In this document: piece after piece, positions 9,369 through 19,599 of the stretch
Layout: the number at the start of each line of letters is the position of its first letter
How positions within the stretch are numbered: position 1 is the first letter of the stretch
Assembly: GCA_963827685.1 (NCBI GenBank)
Contig: CAWHBU010000002.1
Span: 672,001 to 736,000 of the forward strand
From: an uncultured delta proteobacterium
GTDB lineage: Bacteria; Desulfobacterota; BSN033; UBA1163
Length of the DNA stretch: 64,000 bases
Direction of reading: 5' to 3'
Made by a program: the position numbers and the translations under genes
The notes under the pieces: generated by a model
What the model was told of the DNA's origin: nothing
Databases searched by the model: none
The model's input: the letters and a program-made list of their open reading frames with translations, nothing else

Positions 9369-12013
9369 AGAGAGGGGATCATCACCATATGAGAAAAGAG
9401 GCACGTTTTTGGATGAAAATTTTTCTTTTTTGCCTGGCATTTGGAATTGTGAGTAGTCTAGGAATGAAAACAGGATTGAGGGCAGAACCCGGCCGAGAGT
9501 TTTTTGAAGGGTCTGTCGACCCTTCGACCCCCTGGCCCGAACAGGGCTTACCTGCGACCCGAGCGGCTCGCCTGAGCTCGCCGAAGTCTCAGGCCGAGGG
9601 GATCAGGGTTGATAAGGCGACTTCCATTTTTGATGTGGTAGCCCAGGCTTCACCCTCTCAGCCTTCAGCTCCGACTCCCACTCCATCTCAACCTCCGACG
9701 GCATCGCAGTCTCCGACCCCAAGTCCAGTTCAACCTGCGGAGGTCCCGACACCAAAACCTGTTCCTCCTCTTCAGCCTCAACCCTTACCTGCTCCTTCGC
9801 CGCCAACTCCGGTCGCTGTCCCCACTCCTCCCGGTCCACCGCCATCTCCAAGAAAACGCTTTGTGCCTCGACCGTCGACTTCGCCAACACCACAGCCTTC
9901 AACCTCAGCCACGCGGCCCCCCTCCGGTCCCATTCAGCCTCAGCCCTCTCTGCCAACCACAGGCCCAGGGACAGCTATAGCCGTAGCGCCTTCTACCTCT
10001 CAGGGGGCTCCGCCTTCTCCGCCGGCAACACAAGTTCCTCCTCAGGCAGGCTCGGGGGTGGTCTTCAATTTTGACAATGCCGATCTCTATGAGGTGATTC
10101 GGGTGATGTCAGAGATCATGAAAATTAATTATATTGTGGATCCTAAGGTTAGGGGAGCCGTCAATATCCATACATCAGGCCAAATTTCAGCCGGGGACGT
10201 CTTCCCCATCTTCCAATCGATTTTAAGATTGAACGGAGCCACAGCCGTCAGGAGAGACGGTGTTTATGAAATCGTTCCTTTGGGTGACGCAAAGAAGCTT
10301 CCCATTCCTCCCTCGGTTACTCGAGAGCAGAAAAAACCGCCATCCGACGAGAGATATACGATTCAAATCATTGTGCTGAAATATATTCCGGTGTCAGAGG
10401 TTTCAAAAATGATTAAACCCTTTCTCTCAGATGGGGCGGATATTGTGGAACACCCTCCCAATAACATCCTCATCATTGGCGACCTCGCCTCAAATGTGAA
10501 AAAATGCGTGGATATCATCAACCTGTTCGATGTCGATATTTTCGCCGACTTAAGAGTTAGAATCTATCCCATTCTCAATGCCGATGTGAATGAGGTCGCC
10601 AAGGAGATGGAGCGGATCTTTACTTCCTTCGAGGTTTCCACAAAATCGGGGAGAGGAGTTGGCATTACCTTCACACCCATCCTTCGAATCAACTCACTTT
10701 TGGTTGTAAGTTCCATTCCCAATATTTTTGAGAAGGTAGAGGGGTGGCTTAAGGAACTGGACAGAATACCAGGAGAAGGGTCGAAGTTAAGCGTCTTTGT
10801 TTACTATGTTCAGAATGCGAAGGCCAAAGACCTGGCTGACGTCCTGAAAGAAGTATTTGTAAAGGCGAAAGAAAAGAAGGGAGAAAAAGCGGCAGCACCT
10901 GCGGAAACAACTCCCAGGGGGGTGAAGCCAGCTCCAACTCCTACCGCTCCTGCGGCTCCTGGGAAGGAAGAGGCAGGGGGCATTCCAGAAGGAGAGATCG
11001 GAATTGTGGTTGATGAACCCACCAACTCGCTGATCATTAAAGCATTTCATAGGGATTATAGAGCGATCCTCGAGACGATTAAGAAGCTTGATATCTACCC
11101 AAAGCAGGTGCTAATTGAGGTCCTTTTAGCTGAAGTCACCCTCGATGAGGAAAACAAATTCGGCATCGAATGGGCCAAGCTCGTGTCGAGTCATTCAAGG
11201 GGAGAGGGTCAAGGGGCTGTATTTCAGAGCCAGCCACCTTCTCAAAGCACCACTGATACTTCTGGAAATACTTCTACGACCTTTCTTAATCCTTTCAATG
11301 CTACCCTTGTTAGCGCTGGCCTCCGGTACGCCATTGTGGAGTTCGGCGGGAGACTATCCGCAGCAATCGACTTGGCGGCGTCACAAGACCGACTGAAAGT
11401 AATTTCTTCACCCCACATCATTGCCTCGAACAATAAGGAGGCAAAAATTCAAGTCGGATCGTCCCAGCCCATTCTCACCAGTACTTATACAACGCCGGGA
11501 GTGACGAGTGCCACGGGTTCGGGCGTGGTCGAGGGAACAATTGAGTATAAAGATATCGGCATTATTCTCTCCCTGACGCCTCGCATCAGCGACGGAGGAC
11601 TAGTGAGTCTGGAGATCAACATTGAGGATAGCACCGTAAATACTTCCGCCATCCCCCTTGGCAATCTTACAAATGTCCCTGTTTTTGGAAAGAAGACTGC
11701 TAAGACCATTCTCTCAGTCATGGAGGGACAGACCATTATCCTCGGGGGATTGATTTCAGAGCAGAAGGAAAAGATAACATCGGGTATTCCTCTGTTGAGC
11801 AAAATTCCCTTAATAGGCGGTATCTTTGGGTTTCAGGACTACAAGAAGAAGAGGGATGAGTTGATCCTGCTAATGACCCCTCACATTATTAGCAATCAAT
11901 CTACATCCGATGCTGTCACAAGAGAGTTCAAGGACAAGGTGGAAAGCATGAAGAAGCAGTTGGAAGAAAAGGAGAAAAAAGAGAAAGAGAGAAAGGAGAA
12001 GAGAGAGAAATAA
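9365..12013 (+). CDS. gspD: T2SS secretin GspD with long Pro-rich N-terminal region
   Basis: N0 FNFDNADL, N domains, secretin motifs QVLIEV, NNKEAKIQVG, GIPLLSKIPLIGGIF; start could be ATG 9389. Confidence 0.93.
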   Translation: MKRGDHHHMRKEARFWMKIFLFCLAFGIVSSLGMKTGLRAEPGREFFEGSVDPSTPWPEQGLPATRAARLSSPKSQAEGIRVDKATSIFDVVAQASPSQPSAPTPTPSQPPTASQSPTPSPVQPAEVPTPKPVPPLQPQPLPAPSPPTPVAVPTPPGPPPSPRKRFVPRPSTSPTPQPSTSATRPPSGPIQPQPSLPTTGPGTAIAVAPSTSQGAPPSPPATQVPPQAGSGVVFNFDNADLYEVIRVMSEIMKINYIVDPKVRGAVNIHTSGQISAGDVFPIFQSILRLNGATAVRRDGVYEIVPLGDAKKLPIPPSVTREQKKPPSDERYTIQIIVLKYIPVSEVSKMIKPFLSDGADIVEHPPNNILIIGDLASNVKKCVDIINLFDVDIFADLRVRIYPILNADVNEVAKEMERIFTSFEVSTKSGRGVGITFTPILRINSLLVVSSIPNIFEKVEGWLKELDRIPGEGSKLSVFVYYVQNAKAKDLADVLKEVFVKAKEKKGEKAAAPAETTPRGVKPAPTPTAPAAPGKEEAGGIPEGEIGIVVDEPTNSLIIKAFHRDYRAILETIKKLDIYPKQVLIEVLLAEVTLDEENKFGIEWAKLVSSHSRGEGQGAVFQSQPPSQSTTDTSGNTSTTFLNPFNATLVSAGLRYAIVEFGGRLSAAIDLAASQDRLKVISSPHIIASNNKEAKIQVGSSQPILTSTYTTPGVTSATGSGVVEGTIEYKDIGIILSLTPRISDGGLVSLEINIEDSTVNTSAIPLGNLTNVPVFGKKTAKTILSVMEGQTIILGGLISEQKEKITSGIPLLSKIPLIGGIFGFQDYKKKRDELILLMTPHIISNQSTSDAVTREFKDKVESMKKQLEEKEKKEKERKEKREK

Positions 12014-12110
12014 AGCCAATCTTTGTTGATCCTGCAGGGCTGTTGGTTTGATATTCGTTTAGATTCCAAGTTGTAAAGGTTCCGTATTGACAGCCTCAGA
12101 TCGCTGCCTT

Positions 12111-12404
12111 CTAAAAAGATGATGATGTAACCGTCATAATGGTACATTCTTCACCATCTATAATAATCTTGTCCGAGTCACACACGTAACTTTTACTGAG
12201 GAGAATGCGTGACGAGGGATTGATTGTGCAATCGGGGATGTTGAGGCTTCCTAAAGGTCTTGATCCTCGATAGAAAACAATATTGTGGGTGTCCTCCGCA
12301 AACCAATCAGTGAAACCGACCAGGCTCACGCAGTCTGCCAAGGCCAGCTTTGGAGAGAGTAAAAACATTGCAAAGCTTAGTAGAACAACTATCTTGTTTC
12401 CCAT
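12111..12404 (-). CDS. Small exported protein with four Cys
   Basis: Signal peptide ending ALA-D; RBS GGAGG upstream. Confidence 0.7.
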   Translation of the reverse strand: MGNKIVVLLSFAMFLLSPKLALADCVSLVGFTDWFAEDTHNIVFYRGSRPLGSLNIPDCTINPSSRILLSKSYVCDSDKIIIDGEECTIMTVTSSSF

Positions 12405-12578
12405 TTTTTTACCTCCGACTTATCCCTCTTCCACGTCCGCCTCTTTGCTTCATCGTATACTAATTGACTGCCCAATTTTTAAATCTATTAGATGAGTGCG
12501 TTAATGTCAATCAAAATTTGAAGATGGTAGGACTGACCATTGACGAAAATATAACAGGCTTGTATAGTTACAGACAAT

Positions 12579-12652
12579 GCCCCTGTAGCTCAGGTGGATA
12601 GAGCAACGGATTCCTAATCCGTGTGCCGCGTGTTCGAGTCACGCCAGGGGCG
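12579..12652 (+). tRNA. tRNA-Arg (anticodon CCT)
   Basis: Acceptor GCCCCTG/CAGGGGC, D arm GCTC/GAGC, anticodon arm ACGGA-TTCCTAA-TCCGT, T loop TTCGAGT; CCA not encoded. Confidence 0.96.
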
Positions 12653-12654
12653 CT
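12605..12654 (+). repeat. att site (left), 50-bp direct repeat
   Basis: Matches 43732-43781 at 49/50. Confidence 0.95.
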
Positions 12655-12712
12655 CACTCTATCAAAGTTTTGCTGGCATCATCCACTTTTACTAATTCCG
12701 AGTTTAGCTTTT

Positions 12713-12731
12713 TGTCCCCCAGCTGTCCCCC
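12713..12731 (+). promoter_or_regulatory. Putative integrase arm-type sites (TGTCCCCC x2)
   Basis: Same tandem octamer pair at 43483-43502 and 43586-43604. Confidence 0.7.
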
Positions 12732-13310
12732 GATTTCAGAGAAAGGTATAAATTAAAGCGCCAATTCGACAGGAATTTAAATCTTAGAGACAGTCTAAGA
12801 ATAATGTCGCTCTGCGGACACGGAGGCTCGAATCTATGGACCTAAAGACAACTCTCCAGCGGATGAAGGAGCTTCTCAAACTCATGGACGAATACCTGGC
12901 CAGCCGAGGCTTGGAGAAAACGATTCCCCCACCCCGGTATGTCACATTCGACCGGTCGGTTGCGTCGCTCCTCCAGGGATGGGTCCCCCTCCCCTCCAAG
13001 ATGTTCCAGCTGGCTCAAAAAATTTTAGCCTTACCAGATTTCTTCGGCTCAAAATACCCTGGAATGTAAGAGTTAGGAGATATGCTTCGAATATGGGTGT
13101 GGGGGGGGACGGCAAGACCCATCATTGGTATTGTTATTTTACCCTTTTGAGGGGTTAAAAAGGGAACGATGGACACCTATAGGGACACCCGGTTTTAGAC
13201 CATCGAAGCTGCGATGACTCGCACATACTTCCCAAATTGTCGGCATTTTAAAACTTACACTCGGTCCCTCAAGAGTGAATCAGGGGAACCCGTGCAGAAA
13301 CCTTCCCTGC

Positions 13311-14147
13311 CTAATTAAGTCTTCCGGCAAGCATTTCCTGGGCCAGATTAAATGCCCTTGCCTTAACAAAATAGCCGTCGCCAAACCAAACAGACTCAAG
13401 ACGCTTTTCCGGCATCCGTCCGGTCTCACGCTGATCAATAAATTCAGTAACGCCATTATATGCAGCCCATAACGTGCCTTTTGCTCTTCCAGTCGTGTTA
13501 CCTTTGCCAGCTTCAAAAAAATAACTGGCCCAAAGTCGGTTCTCCCGGCATCGTTGCAGAGAGTTTTGAAAACGAGGGCTGTCATGGTCTCCCCCATCCC
13601 GAGGTTCAGGAAAGACTGCTGTCAGATATTTAACCAATTCGGGTCTATCGATGCTTTTTTTCACCATGGCTTGAAAATTATCCGCCAGTTCGTCAAATCG
13701 CCGATTTACGATTCCCAACAGTTGCTCAGCCTGCCGCAAACGTTCCTTAAGATTCGAAAAGTGCGCTACCCTAACGGTCGGTCCCCGACTCAATGCCATA
13801 GTTAGCGTATTTTGGCACACGACCCGAATCGGAGTGAATTTGATCTGGACACTGCTTTTCCCATCGTGACTGTTGCTGAGTAAAAGAAACTTTTCGGCGA
13901 TGTCATCATCGACAACCTCTATTCCCTCCGGCATTTTGGCAAGAATCCAAATCCGCTCACCTTTTCCGAGAGCTCCGGCTGTGTGATATATAGCAGCTCC
14001 CTTCCCCACAATATCGTCGAAGAATTTAAAGGCTTCGGTGTTCTGTAGCGGCGTATAGCCACTTCCAACGATGCCAAATACAGGACAATCCGCCTTGTCC
14101 TGTTTGTCCCCTCGGACAATGGCGTAATTGTCTTTCATGGGTAACAA
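13311..14147 (-). CDS. DUF932 / phage-plasmid-like protein, probably N-terminally truncated
   Basis: LQNTEAF, TAGALGKG, LLSNSHDG, TPIRVVCQNTL, GTLWAAYNGVTE; TTG start and the usual N-terminus is missing. Confidence 0.8.
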   Translation of the reverse strand: MLPMKDNYAIVRGDKQDKADCPVFGIVGSGYTPLQNTEAFKFFDDIVGKGAAIYHTAGALGKGERIWILAKMPEGIEVVDDDIAEKFLLLSNSHDGKSSVQIKFTPIRVVCQNTLTMALSRGPTVRVAHFSNLKERLRQAEQLLGIVNRRFDELADNFQAMVKKSIDRPELVKYLTAVFPEPRDGGDHDSPRFQNSLQRCRENRLWASYFFEAGKGNTTGRAKGTLWAAYNGVTEFIDQRETGRMPEKRLESVWFGDGYFVKARAFNLAQEMLAGRLN

Positions 14148-14278
14148 TCGTTTACCTTGGTCCCTTTCTTGAAGAATGGAATGATTAGCAGAATCAAGCT
14201 AATAACAACGAAAGTAAGACTAAGGACACCGTATAGTTTCTTCATATATGGCTAACGTCGAGGATTACGAGTTGAAAG

Positions 14279-14335
14279 AGATAACGCGGCCATCAGCGAG
14301 AGCCCCTGGCAATCGGCTGCACGGCGTTGTTCGTC
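14279..14335 (-). other. attC-like site (57 bp) after the PLD gene
   Basis: Minus strand: GACGAAC-5nt-CGTGCAGC ... GCTGATG-5nt-GTTATCT. Confidence 0.65.
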
Positions 14336-14342
14336 GTTCCTA

Positions 14343-15548
14343 TCAGTAGAAGATTGCATCAAGGAATGCTGCACGTCGCCTCCAAATAGCAGCTTGTTCC
14401 TCGTCAGTCGGTTGGTTTGAGTTGAACCAAGGAGACGAATGGATCAGTTTAATCAGTTGCAGATATCCTTCTACCCCCTCAAATCGGTTTTGTGGGACAT
14501 CGAGGGTTCGGGACAGATTCTGCCTAACAGAGACGGCTGCAACGGTACAGTAAAGGTCAGGGCGAACAAGACAGAGAAGGCGGCCCCAGACCTTCATAGT
14601 AGGCCCCAACGAAATTAGGCGATCAAGATGAGATGTCAGTTGTAACCACGGAATAGGGGGATTAAGCTCAGCCACAGCGTTTATGGCCTGAACTATATTT
14701 CCCCACTGCTTAGGCGTTCCATTTGCCAAGAGTTTACGAAACTGACCAGACGCGGCGACGTCCCCGAGCCAGCCATAGTGCTTGATACCACCGATAATCC
14801 GCCGCTTCTCGATGTCCTGAAAGTATTGGGTCGTCCATGGTATTGGGATCTCTCGCGACGCAGCATCAAGCACGTCGTGGTAGCCTTGGCCATTCCGTTC
14901 ACGCTGCTTCAACCCCGCAAGCACTTTCTGGTAATAGATGTCCCAATCCGCATGTTCGAGCCAGCTGGCGCTGGAAATTTCTTCCTCAGCTCCTGGCGGT
15001 GTGTGTATTCCATGCTTCCGTTGGTTCTGTAAGATAGCTTGGTAACGCTTACGGTAACCATTGAGCCACGGTTTTGTGGGTTTAAAGGAGAACTCCGGTG
15101 TGTGCCACTTGGCAAGAGTCTCCCTTAGCGAAACTATATCTTGGGGCGTCTCTGCGGATGAATTTTCTTCGATAAAGCAGTTGATTTCCCAGTTCGTGTA
15201 GAATCCTCCATAGGTCAGATTGGAGCTGCCAATGAAGAGGGCATAGCGGTGCTGGTCACGAAAGAGGTAGACTTTCGGATGAAACAGACCAGCATCGTCC
15301 TTGAAAATGCGAATATCGACACCGATATCGAGAAACCATTCAATGGCGTCCGGGTGTGTATGGTCGAAAGCGATGCCTACAGTCGCCTTAACGGTCCCGC
15401 TAAAACCTTCAAGAAATTTGTATGGGAGCGTCTGTTTTGGATTCCCGCACCAGGCTACTGCAATCGTCAATTCCTTGTATTCTCGGCAACATCGGGCAAA
15501 CTCTTTAGCTAAGGAGTTTGCTGAGTCGAGGACGCATGATTTAGGCAT
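14343..15548 (-). CDS. Phospholipase D (HKD) family nuclease-like protein, probable defence gene
   Basis: FHPKVYLF...IGSSNLT...N.E in the N-terminal domain. Confidence 0.8.
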   Translation of the reverse strand: MPKSCVLDSANSLAKEFARCCREYKELTIAVAWCGNPKQTLPYKFLEGFSGTVKATVGIAFDHTHPDAIEWFLDIGVDIRIFKDDAGLFHPKVYLFRDQHRYALFIGSSNLTYGGFYTNWEINCFIEENSSAETPQDIVSLRETLAKWHTPEFSFKPTKPWLNGYRKRYQAILQNQRKHGIHTPPGAEEEISSASWLEHADWDIYYQKVLAGLKQRERNGQGYHDVLDAASREIPIPWTTQYFQDIEKRRIIGGIKHYGWLGDVAASGQFRKLLANGTPKQWGNIVQAINAVAELNPPIPWLQLTSHLDRLISLGPTMKVWGRLLCLVRPDLYCTVAAVSVRQNLSRTLDVPQNRFEGVEGYLQLIKLIHSSPWFNSNQPTDEEQAAIWRRRAAFLDAIFY

Positions 15549-15590
15549 ATCATTCTTCCTCCGACGCTCTATTAGTATACGGAATACTTA

Positions 15591-15653
15591 TTTGTCCTGA
15601 ATTTCGACTTCTACCATATCACAACCGATAGAGAGGTTCAACCGTAAGTATTT
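15591..15653 (-). repeat. Repeat R1 copy 1 (promoter/attI-like unit)
   Basis: 54/63 identical to 20182-20244; TTGAAC-17-TATGGT on the minus strand. Confidence 0.8.
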
Positions 15654-15706
15654 CAGGGGTGTACTAAATCAGGAATGGGGTGTCAATGGGAATTGAGAGG
15701 GGGGAC

Positions 15707-15768
15707 CTTAATTGGATTGGAGAGATGAAGATATTTGGAGAGAGCTTAAATTGAGGAGTTTGCTTACA
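15707..15768. repeat. Repeat R2 copy 1
   Basis: 50/62 identical to 17703-17764. Confidence 0.8.
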
Positions 15769-15803
15769 AGTCACCGCTGACAACCATGTCGAGTAGATGA
15801 AAA

Positions 15804-16325
15804 CTATGGGTTGAAAGCGATGATATCTGGCTCAGACTTATTGACGCAATTCCAGACTCGAATTCCTTCCATTTCGGCAGCTTTTGCTAACCGTCCATCA
15901 CCCGTAATTAAGATTGGCTTAGAGTCGCTTTCAAATCTGGAGAAGTAATTTTTTTTTACTGAAACAATCTGAAATGCGTCTGAAACATCAATCGACTTAT
16001 CGTATTTTTTTATGAGATTTTCTACTTCGGTAAAAACCATCCTGTCTTTGATTTCTATGTCCTCTATTTCAATCATGTCACCCGCTGCCCAGGCTAAAAG
16101 CTGGTCACATGCGTAAAAATATTCTTCGTCAGATATTACTTTTTGATTGAAGTACTTTACTTTTAGCACTCCGAGAGCTTCCGCAAAACACAAGCTCGTC
16201 ATACAATAAAAATTTGACTCTTGCTCTTTGTTGAAATATGCCCTGAGAGTATCGCTTCCCTTTTCATCTATAAAGAGCTTCACGATTGCTGACGCATCCA
16301 AATAATGAATTCGAATCAGTTCCAT
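15804..16325 (-). CDS. PIN domain (VapC-like) protein
   Basis: YLDASAIVK, E, DAFQI, ITGDGRL acidic PIN motifs. Confidence 0.85.
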   Translation of the reverse strand: MELIRIHYLDASAIVKLFIDEKGSDTLRAYFNKEQESNFYCMTSLCFAEALGVLKVKYFNQKVISDEEYFYACDQLLAWAAGDMIEIEDIEIKDRMVFTEVENLIKKYDKSIDVSDAFQIVSVKKNYFSRFESDSKPILITGDGRLAKAAEMEGIRVWNCVNKSEPDIIAFNP

Positions 16326-16438
16326 AGGTGGCCTGCCGCTCTTCAGGTAGTGAATCGTTGGCTAAGGAATTGCGAAGAGCTAAAGAAGAGAGCAGATTCG
16401 CCGCTCACTACTTCAACCGTTCCCATTTTCGACCTGTC

Positions 16439-16840
16439 TTAAACCGCCTTTTCCTTATCAGCCCCATGCCCAAGATGTTTTGAAAGTGGCTCTTTGCATT
16501 CATGTACTACTCTCCCGGTTTCGGGGTCCGTAACGACTTCATGGTAAAGGTCGTTTTTGCGGTCAATGATGCGGCGGAGATTCATCCATTTACCCCACTC
16601 CCGATAAAGGTCATCACCGGAAACCTGCTCGATGAATGGCTTTCCGCCTCCGGAGTGGCGGCCTTTCGTGCCAAGTTTCTCCCTGAACGTACCCGTATCG
16701 AGAATTGTCACATGATGAATGCTCCGTGTCACCGACCCACACGAAGGGCAGGGATTAGTTTCTTCTACCGGGCAACTCGTGTTTTCTTCGAGTGCAAGGC
16801 CACAATTACCACAGAAAACAGAAGGATAATGTGCTGGCAT
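16439..16840 (-). CDS. Zinc-ribbon hypothetical protein
   Basis: CGNC...CPSC, C-terminal HECKEPLSKHLGHG; ATG 16840 preferred over TTG 16972. Confidence 0.65.
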   Translation of the reverse strand: MPAHYPSVFCGNCGLALEENTSCPVEETNPCPSCGSVTRSIHHVTILDTGTFREKLGTKGRHSGGGKPFIEQVSGDDLYREWGKWMNLRRIIDRKNDLYHEVVTDPETGRVVHECKEPLSKHLGHGADKEKAV

Positions 16841-16959
16841 TATTGTTCCTCGGACGCTACCATTTTCAAACTGATTCTTTGTGGCTGTAATATACACTTT
16901 TCCCGAGTTTTTGGGAAGCGAAAGTTTTAGGAAGAACTCAATATCCCATCCCTGACTTA

Positions 16960-17026
16960 AGAGGACCGCCAAAGAGGATCGGAGGAGGACTGGAGTGGTT
17001 GCCTCTAAATTCCAGCCTTAAACATT
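16960..17026. repeat. Repeat R3 copy 1
   Basis: 62/67 identical to 18862-18928. Confidence 0.85.
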
Positions 17027-17100
17027 GAGTCGAATTGGGCAATAGCAATTTTTTGGAGTTTGAGGGGGATACCTACAATGATTCGGCAGCCCCTCTTTTT

Positions 17101-17679
17101 TCAGGGCTTCCGTTCTTTCTCAGGTAGCTTGCGGTAATCCCAAATGTCAATAACCGTGTTGATTTCGAGGAGAAGCACCATTATTCCTGGAACCACCCAC
17201 GACACCCCCGGAGTCCTCTGGAGTTCCTCGCTCTTGCCAATATAAAAGCAGATAAAGAAGAATAGCGCATAGAAAGCAAACACAAAAAGGGCGGAAATGA
17301 TGTTCAGGAGCCATGTTTCATCGGGATACGCCTTTTGATAGTCAATCCCCCAGAATCCGGCAATGGCTCCAGCGGATAGGAGGGCAAGGATCTCGAGGAC
17401 CGCGCGGTAGTCTCCGTTTGGAATCGCAGGACCATTTGCGAGGCGCTGAAATCCTAAAAAAGCAACCCCGTTGGCGATGAGAGACAGACCAAGGCAAATC
17501 CAGAAGCTCCAGTCCCGAAATTGATATTTCCTTGGGAGGTAAACGCTCCTGAGAAAAAGCGTTGACACCCAAGAGAGGAACAGGCCGATTATGGCAAATA
17601 TCATTCCGTTGTCCATTTGTGGTTGTAATATACACCTTTTTCTAAAATTAGGGAATAGAAAGTTTCGGGAAGGACTCAA
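17101..17679 (-). CDS. Hypothetical membrane protein (about five TM)
   Basis: Hydrophobic segments; true start probably MDNG near 17616. Confidence 0.6.
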   Translation of the reverse strand: MSPSRNFLFPNFRKRCILQPQMDNGMIFAIIGLFLSWVSTLFLRSVYLPRKYQFRDWSFWICLGLSLIANGVAFLGFQRLANGPAIPNGDYRAVLEILALLSAGAIAGFWGIDYQKAYPDETWLLNIISALFVFAFYALFFFICFYIGKSEELQRTPGVSWVVPGIMVLLLEINTVIDIWDYRKLPEKERKP

Positions 17680-17702
17680 TTTGTGTCGAGATTAGAAGAG
17701 GG

Positions 17703-17764
17703 CTTAATCGGATGGGAGAGATGAGGATATCACGAGAGCGCCTAAGTTGAGGAGCTTACCTACA
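17703..17764. repeat. Repeat R2 copy 2
   Basis: Matches 15707-15768. Confidence 0.8.
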
Positions 17765-17813
17765 CCTGCTCAGCTCGACATGGGACACGGAGTTGAAAAT
17801 TACTGAACCCTAT

Positions 17814-18647
17814 TTATGGGAGTGAGATACCCAAGAATGTCAGAGCCTGTTTTAGCGTTTCATATGCCGGTTTCATACTTGCTACAGTTTGGATAGAAAT
17901 CCCGATCGCAGACAGCATGCTTCGTAGTTTTGTAATATTTGGGTTCGGCCTCTTCAATTCTTCGCGGCCTTCGTCAACAAGTTCAATGATTTCTCCTTTG
18001 GGATGTGGCATCGTCACATCTAAACGGGATAACTCCACGCCGATTTCTTCGAGTACTTTAATCAGTTGTTCACGAACTTGGGTGTCGATACTCTGAGTTA
18101 CATTAGCAATTGAACTATCACCCGTCTGAATAGCTCCGACTGGAGAATAAATATTGAAAACTGTTGAAGCCGCCTCCTTTTTCTTCATTTCGACTTTCTT
18201 CTTTAAAGAATGCACGAACAGATCTATTTCCGTGCCAACTTTGGCTAAGGCAGCTCTCCTGGCGGAGTCAAGCTGGGGTTGAAACTGCGTAAACAAATCC
18301 GTTCCCCTGATAAGTTGCGCAGTTTCTCGTACCAGGTCATTTAAGGTTCCCATGGGCAAATGACGGTCTACCACCACTTTCAAGTCGCCCGCAAGGTTAT
18401 CATAATAGGATAACCCAGCTGTACTAAGAAACCGAAACAATGTTTGCCACACAAGCTGAGCCCTGATTTTAATAGCGACAGCACATAAATCAGCTACACG
18501 GTTGACGACCACACTTGAATACAGCATGTCTCGGGCACCCATCTCTGCCTTTATTCGCTCGACCTCTTTATGCAAGTTTTCATATTGCTCATTGATTTCG
18601 AGCTGTATCCTCTCTTGAGCAATCTTTAGAACTTGTTCGTCTAACAT
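17814..18647 (-). CDS. Hypothetical helical protein
   Basis: 277-aa ORF with RBS AAGGAG; no family recognised. Confidence 0.75.
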   Translation of the reverse strand: MLDEQVLKIAQERIQLEINEQYENLHKEVERIKAEMGARDMLYSSVVVNRVADLCAVAIKIRAQLVWQTLFRFLSTAGLSYYDNLAGDLKVVVDRHLPMGTLNDLVRETAQLIRGTDLFTQFQPQLDSARRAALAKVGTEIDLFVHSLKKKVEMKKKEAASTVFNIYSPVGAIQTGDSSIANVTQSIDTQVREQLIKVLEEIGVELSRLDVTMPHPKGEIIELVDEGREELKRPNPNITKLRSMLSAIGISIQTVASMKPAYETLKQALTFLGISLP

Positions 18648-18861
18648 ATCATACTCCTTTTTTACGTCGATGCCTAAGGATAATAGAACCGTCAGTCATC
18701 AATTACAGATTGCAATATACATCTTTTTCAAACTTTTAGGAAGTGAACGTTTCAGGCAGAGCCAAATTCCCCCCCCATCCCTGGCTATTAATCAAGTATT
18801 TTAATAGGCGTCAAGCCGTGTACACGCCAAAAACGGTCTATGGGGGTAGCTGGTCAGGACG

Positions 18862-18928
18862 AGAGGACCACCAAAGAGGATCGAAGGAGGACTGGAGTGG
18901 TTGCCTCTAAATTCCGGCAGTAAACATT
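18862..18928. repeat. Repeat R3 copy 2
   Basis: Matches 16960-17026. Confidence 0.85.
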
Positions 18929-19142
18929 TAGAGGGGGATGGGGGGAAGAAAGACGCCAAATTTGCCAATCGGAGCTTCATAGACTTTGTCGGTCACACCT
19001 ACGACTTATTATTGGGGGCTATATTCAAGAATCGAGGGTTAGGGGTTGAAAGTGAGCATAACGCTCGCAATAACCTGCCGGCAAGAGACGGACACGAAGC
19101 GGCCAGCTATCGACGGTCAGTTTGATTGCGCTGTTGGCAACC

Positions 19143-19487
19143 TCATGTTTTCTCAGGGACCCCCGGGATCCCCCACCACAGACACCTTGGACAGACAACG
19201 TAGAGTGTTCTCTTCAATAACTCCTCATCGATATTCCTTCCAATCTTGATTAGTCCTTCCTTTTCAGCAGCCAAAATCGGTATTCCCTTCAACCTAAAGT
19301 TTACACCACTAAGGGAACAACTGGGGCAATCGCCTGCGTCCGTGAATTTCTCCTCCATTATGCGGAGCCAAGCTACCAATTGAGTTTCCACGAGCCCGTC
19401 CAAATCCACGCGATTGATCCTTGCATATTCCCGGAGTTTATTGACATCCTCCGCGGTTAACCGGGTGAGCGTCAATTTCATTTCCAT
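19143..19487 (-). CDS. Hypothetical protein with two CxxC pairs
   Basis: RBS AAGGAG, CPSC...CPRC. Confidence 0.65.
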   Translation of the reverse strand: MEMKLTLTRLTAEDVNKLREYARINRVDLDGLVETQLVAWLRIMEEKFTDAGDCPSCSLSGVNFRLKGIPILAAEKEGLIKIGRNIDEELLKRTLYVVCPRCLWWGIPGVPEKT

Positions 19488-19504
19488 TTCTCATTCTCCT
19501 TTCT

Positions 19505-19599
19505 CTGCCACGATCAGCTCACCGATGACGGCCCTCAATGGTTGTCGAATCTGCAACTGACGTAGCGGGGCCGTCATTCGGTGCAGCGCCTGGTTCGGC
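19505..19599 (-). other. attC site (R' box damaged) overlapping the 3' end of the HEPN gene
   Basis: GCCGAAC-CAGGC-GCTGCACC ... GGTGAGC-TGATC-GTGGC, long internal inverted repeat; complementary core GTTCGGC at 20163-20157. Confidence 0.8.

Noticed and set aside
12784-13069. Short ORFs at the island's left end
   Set aside because: No recognisable motif or clear RBS; cannot be supported
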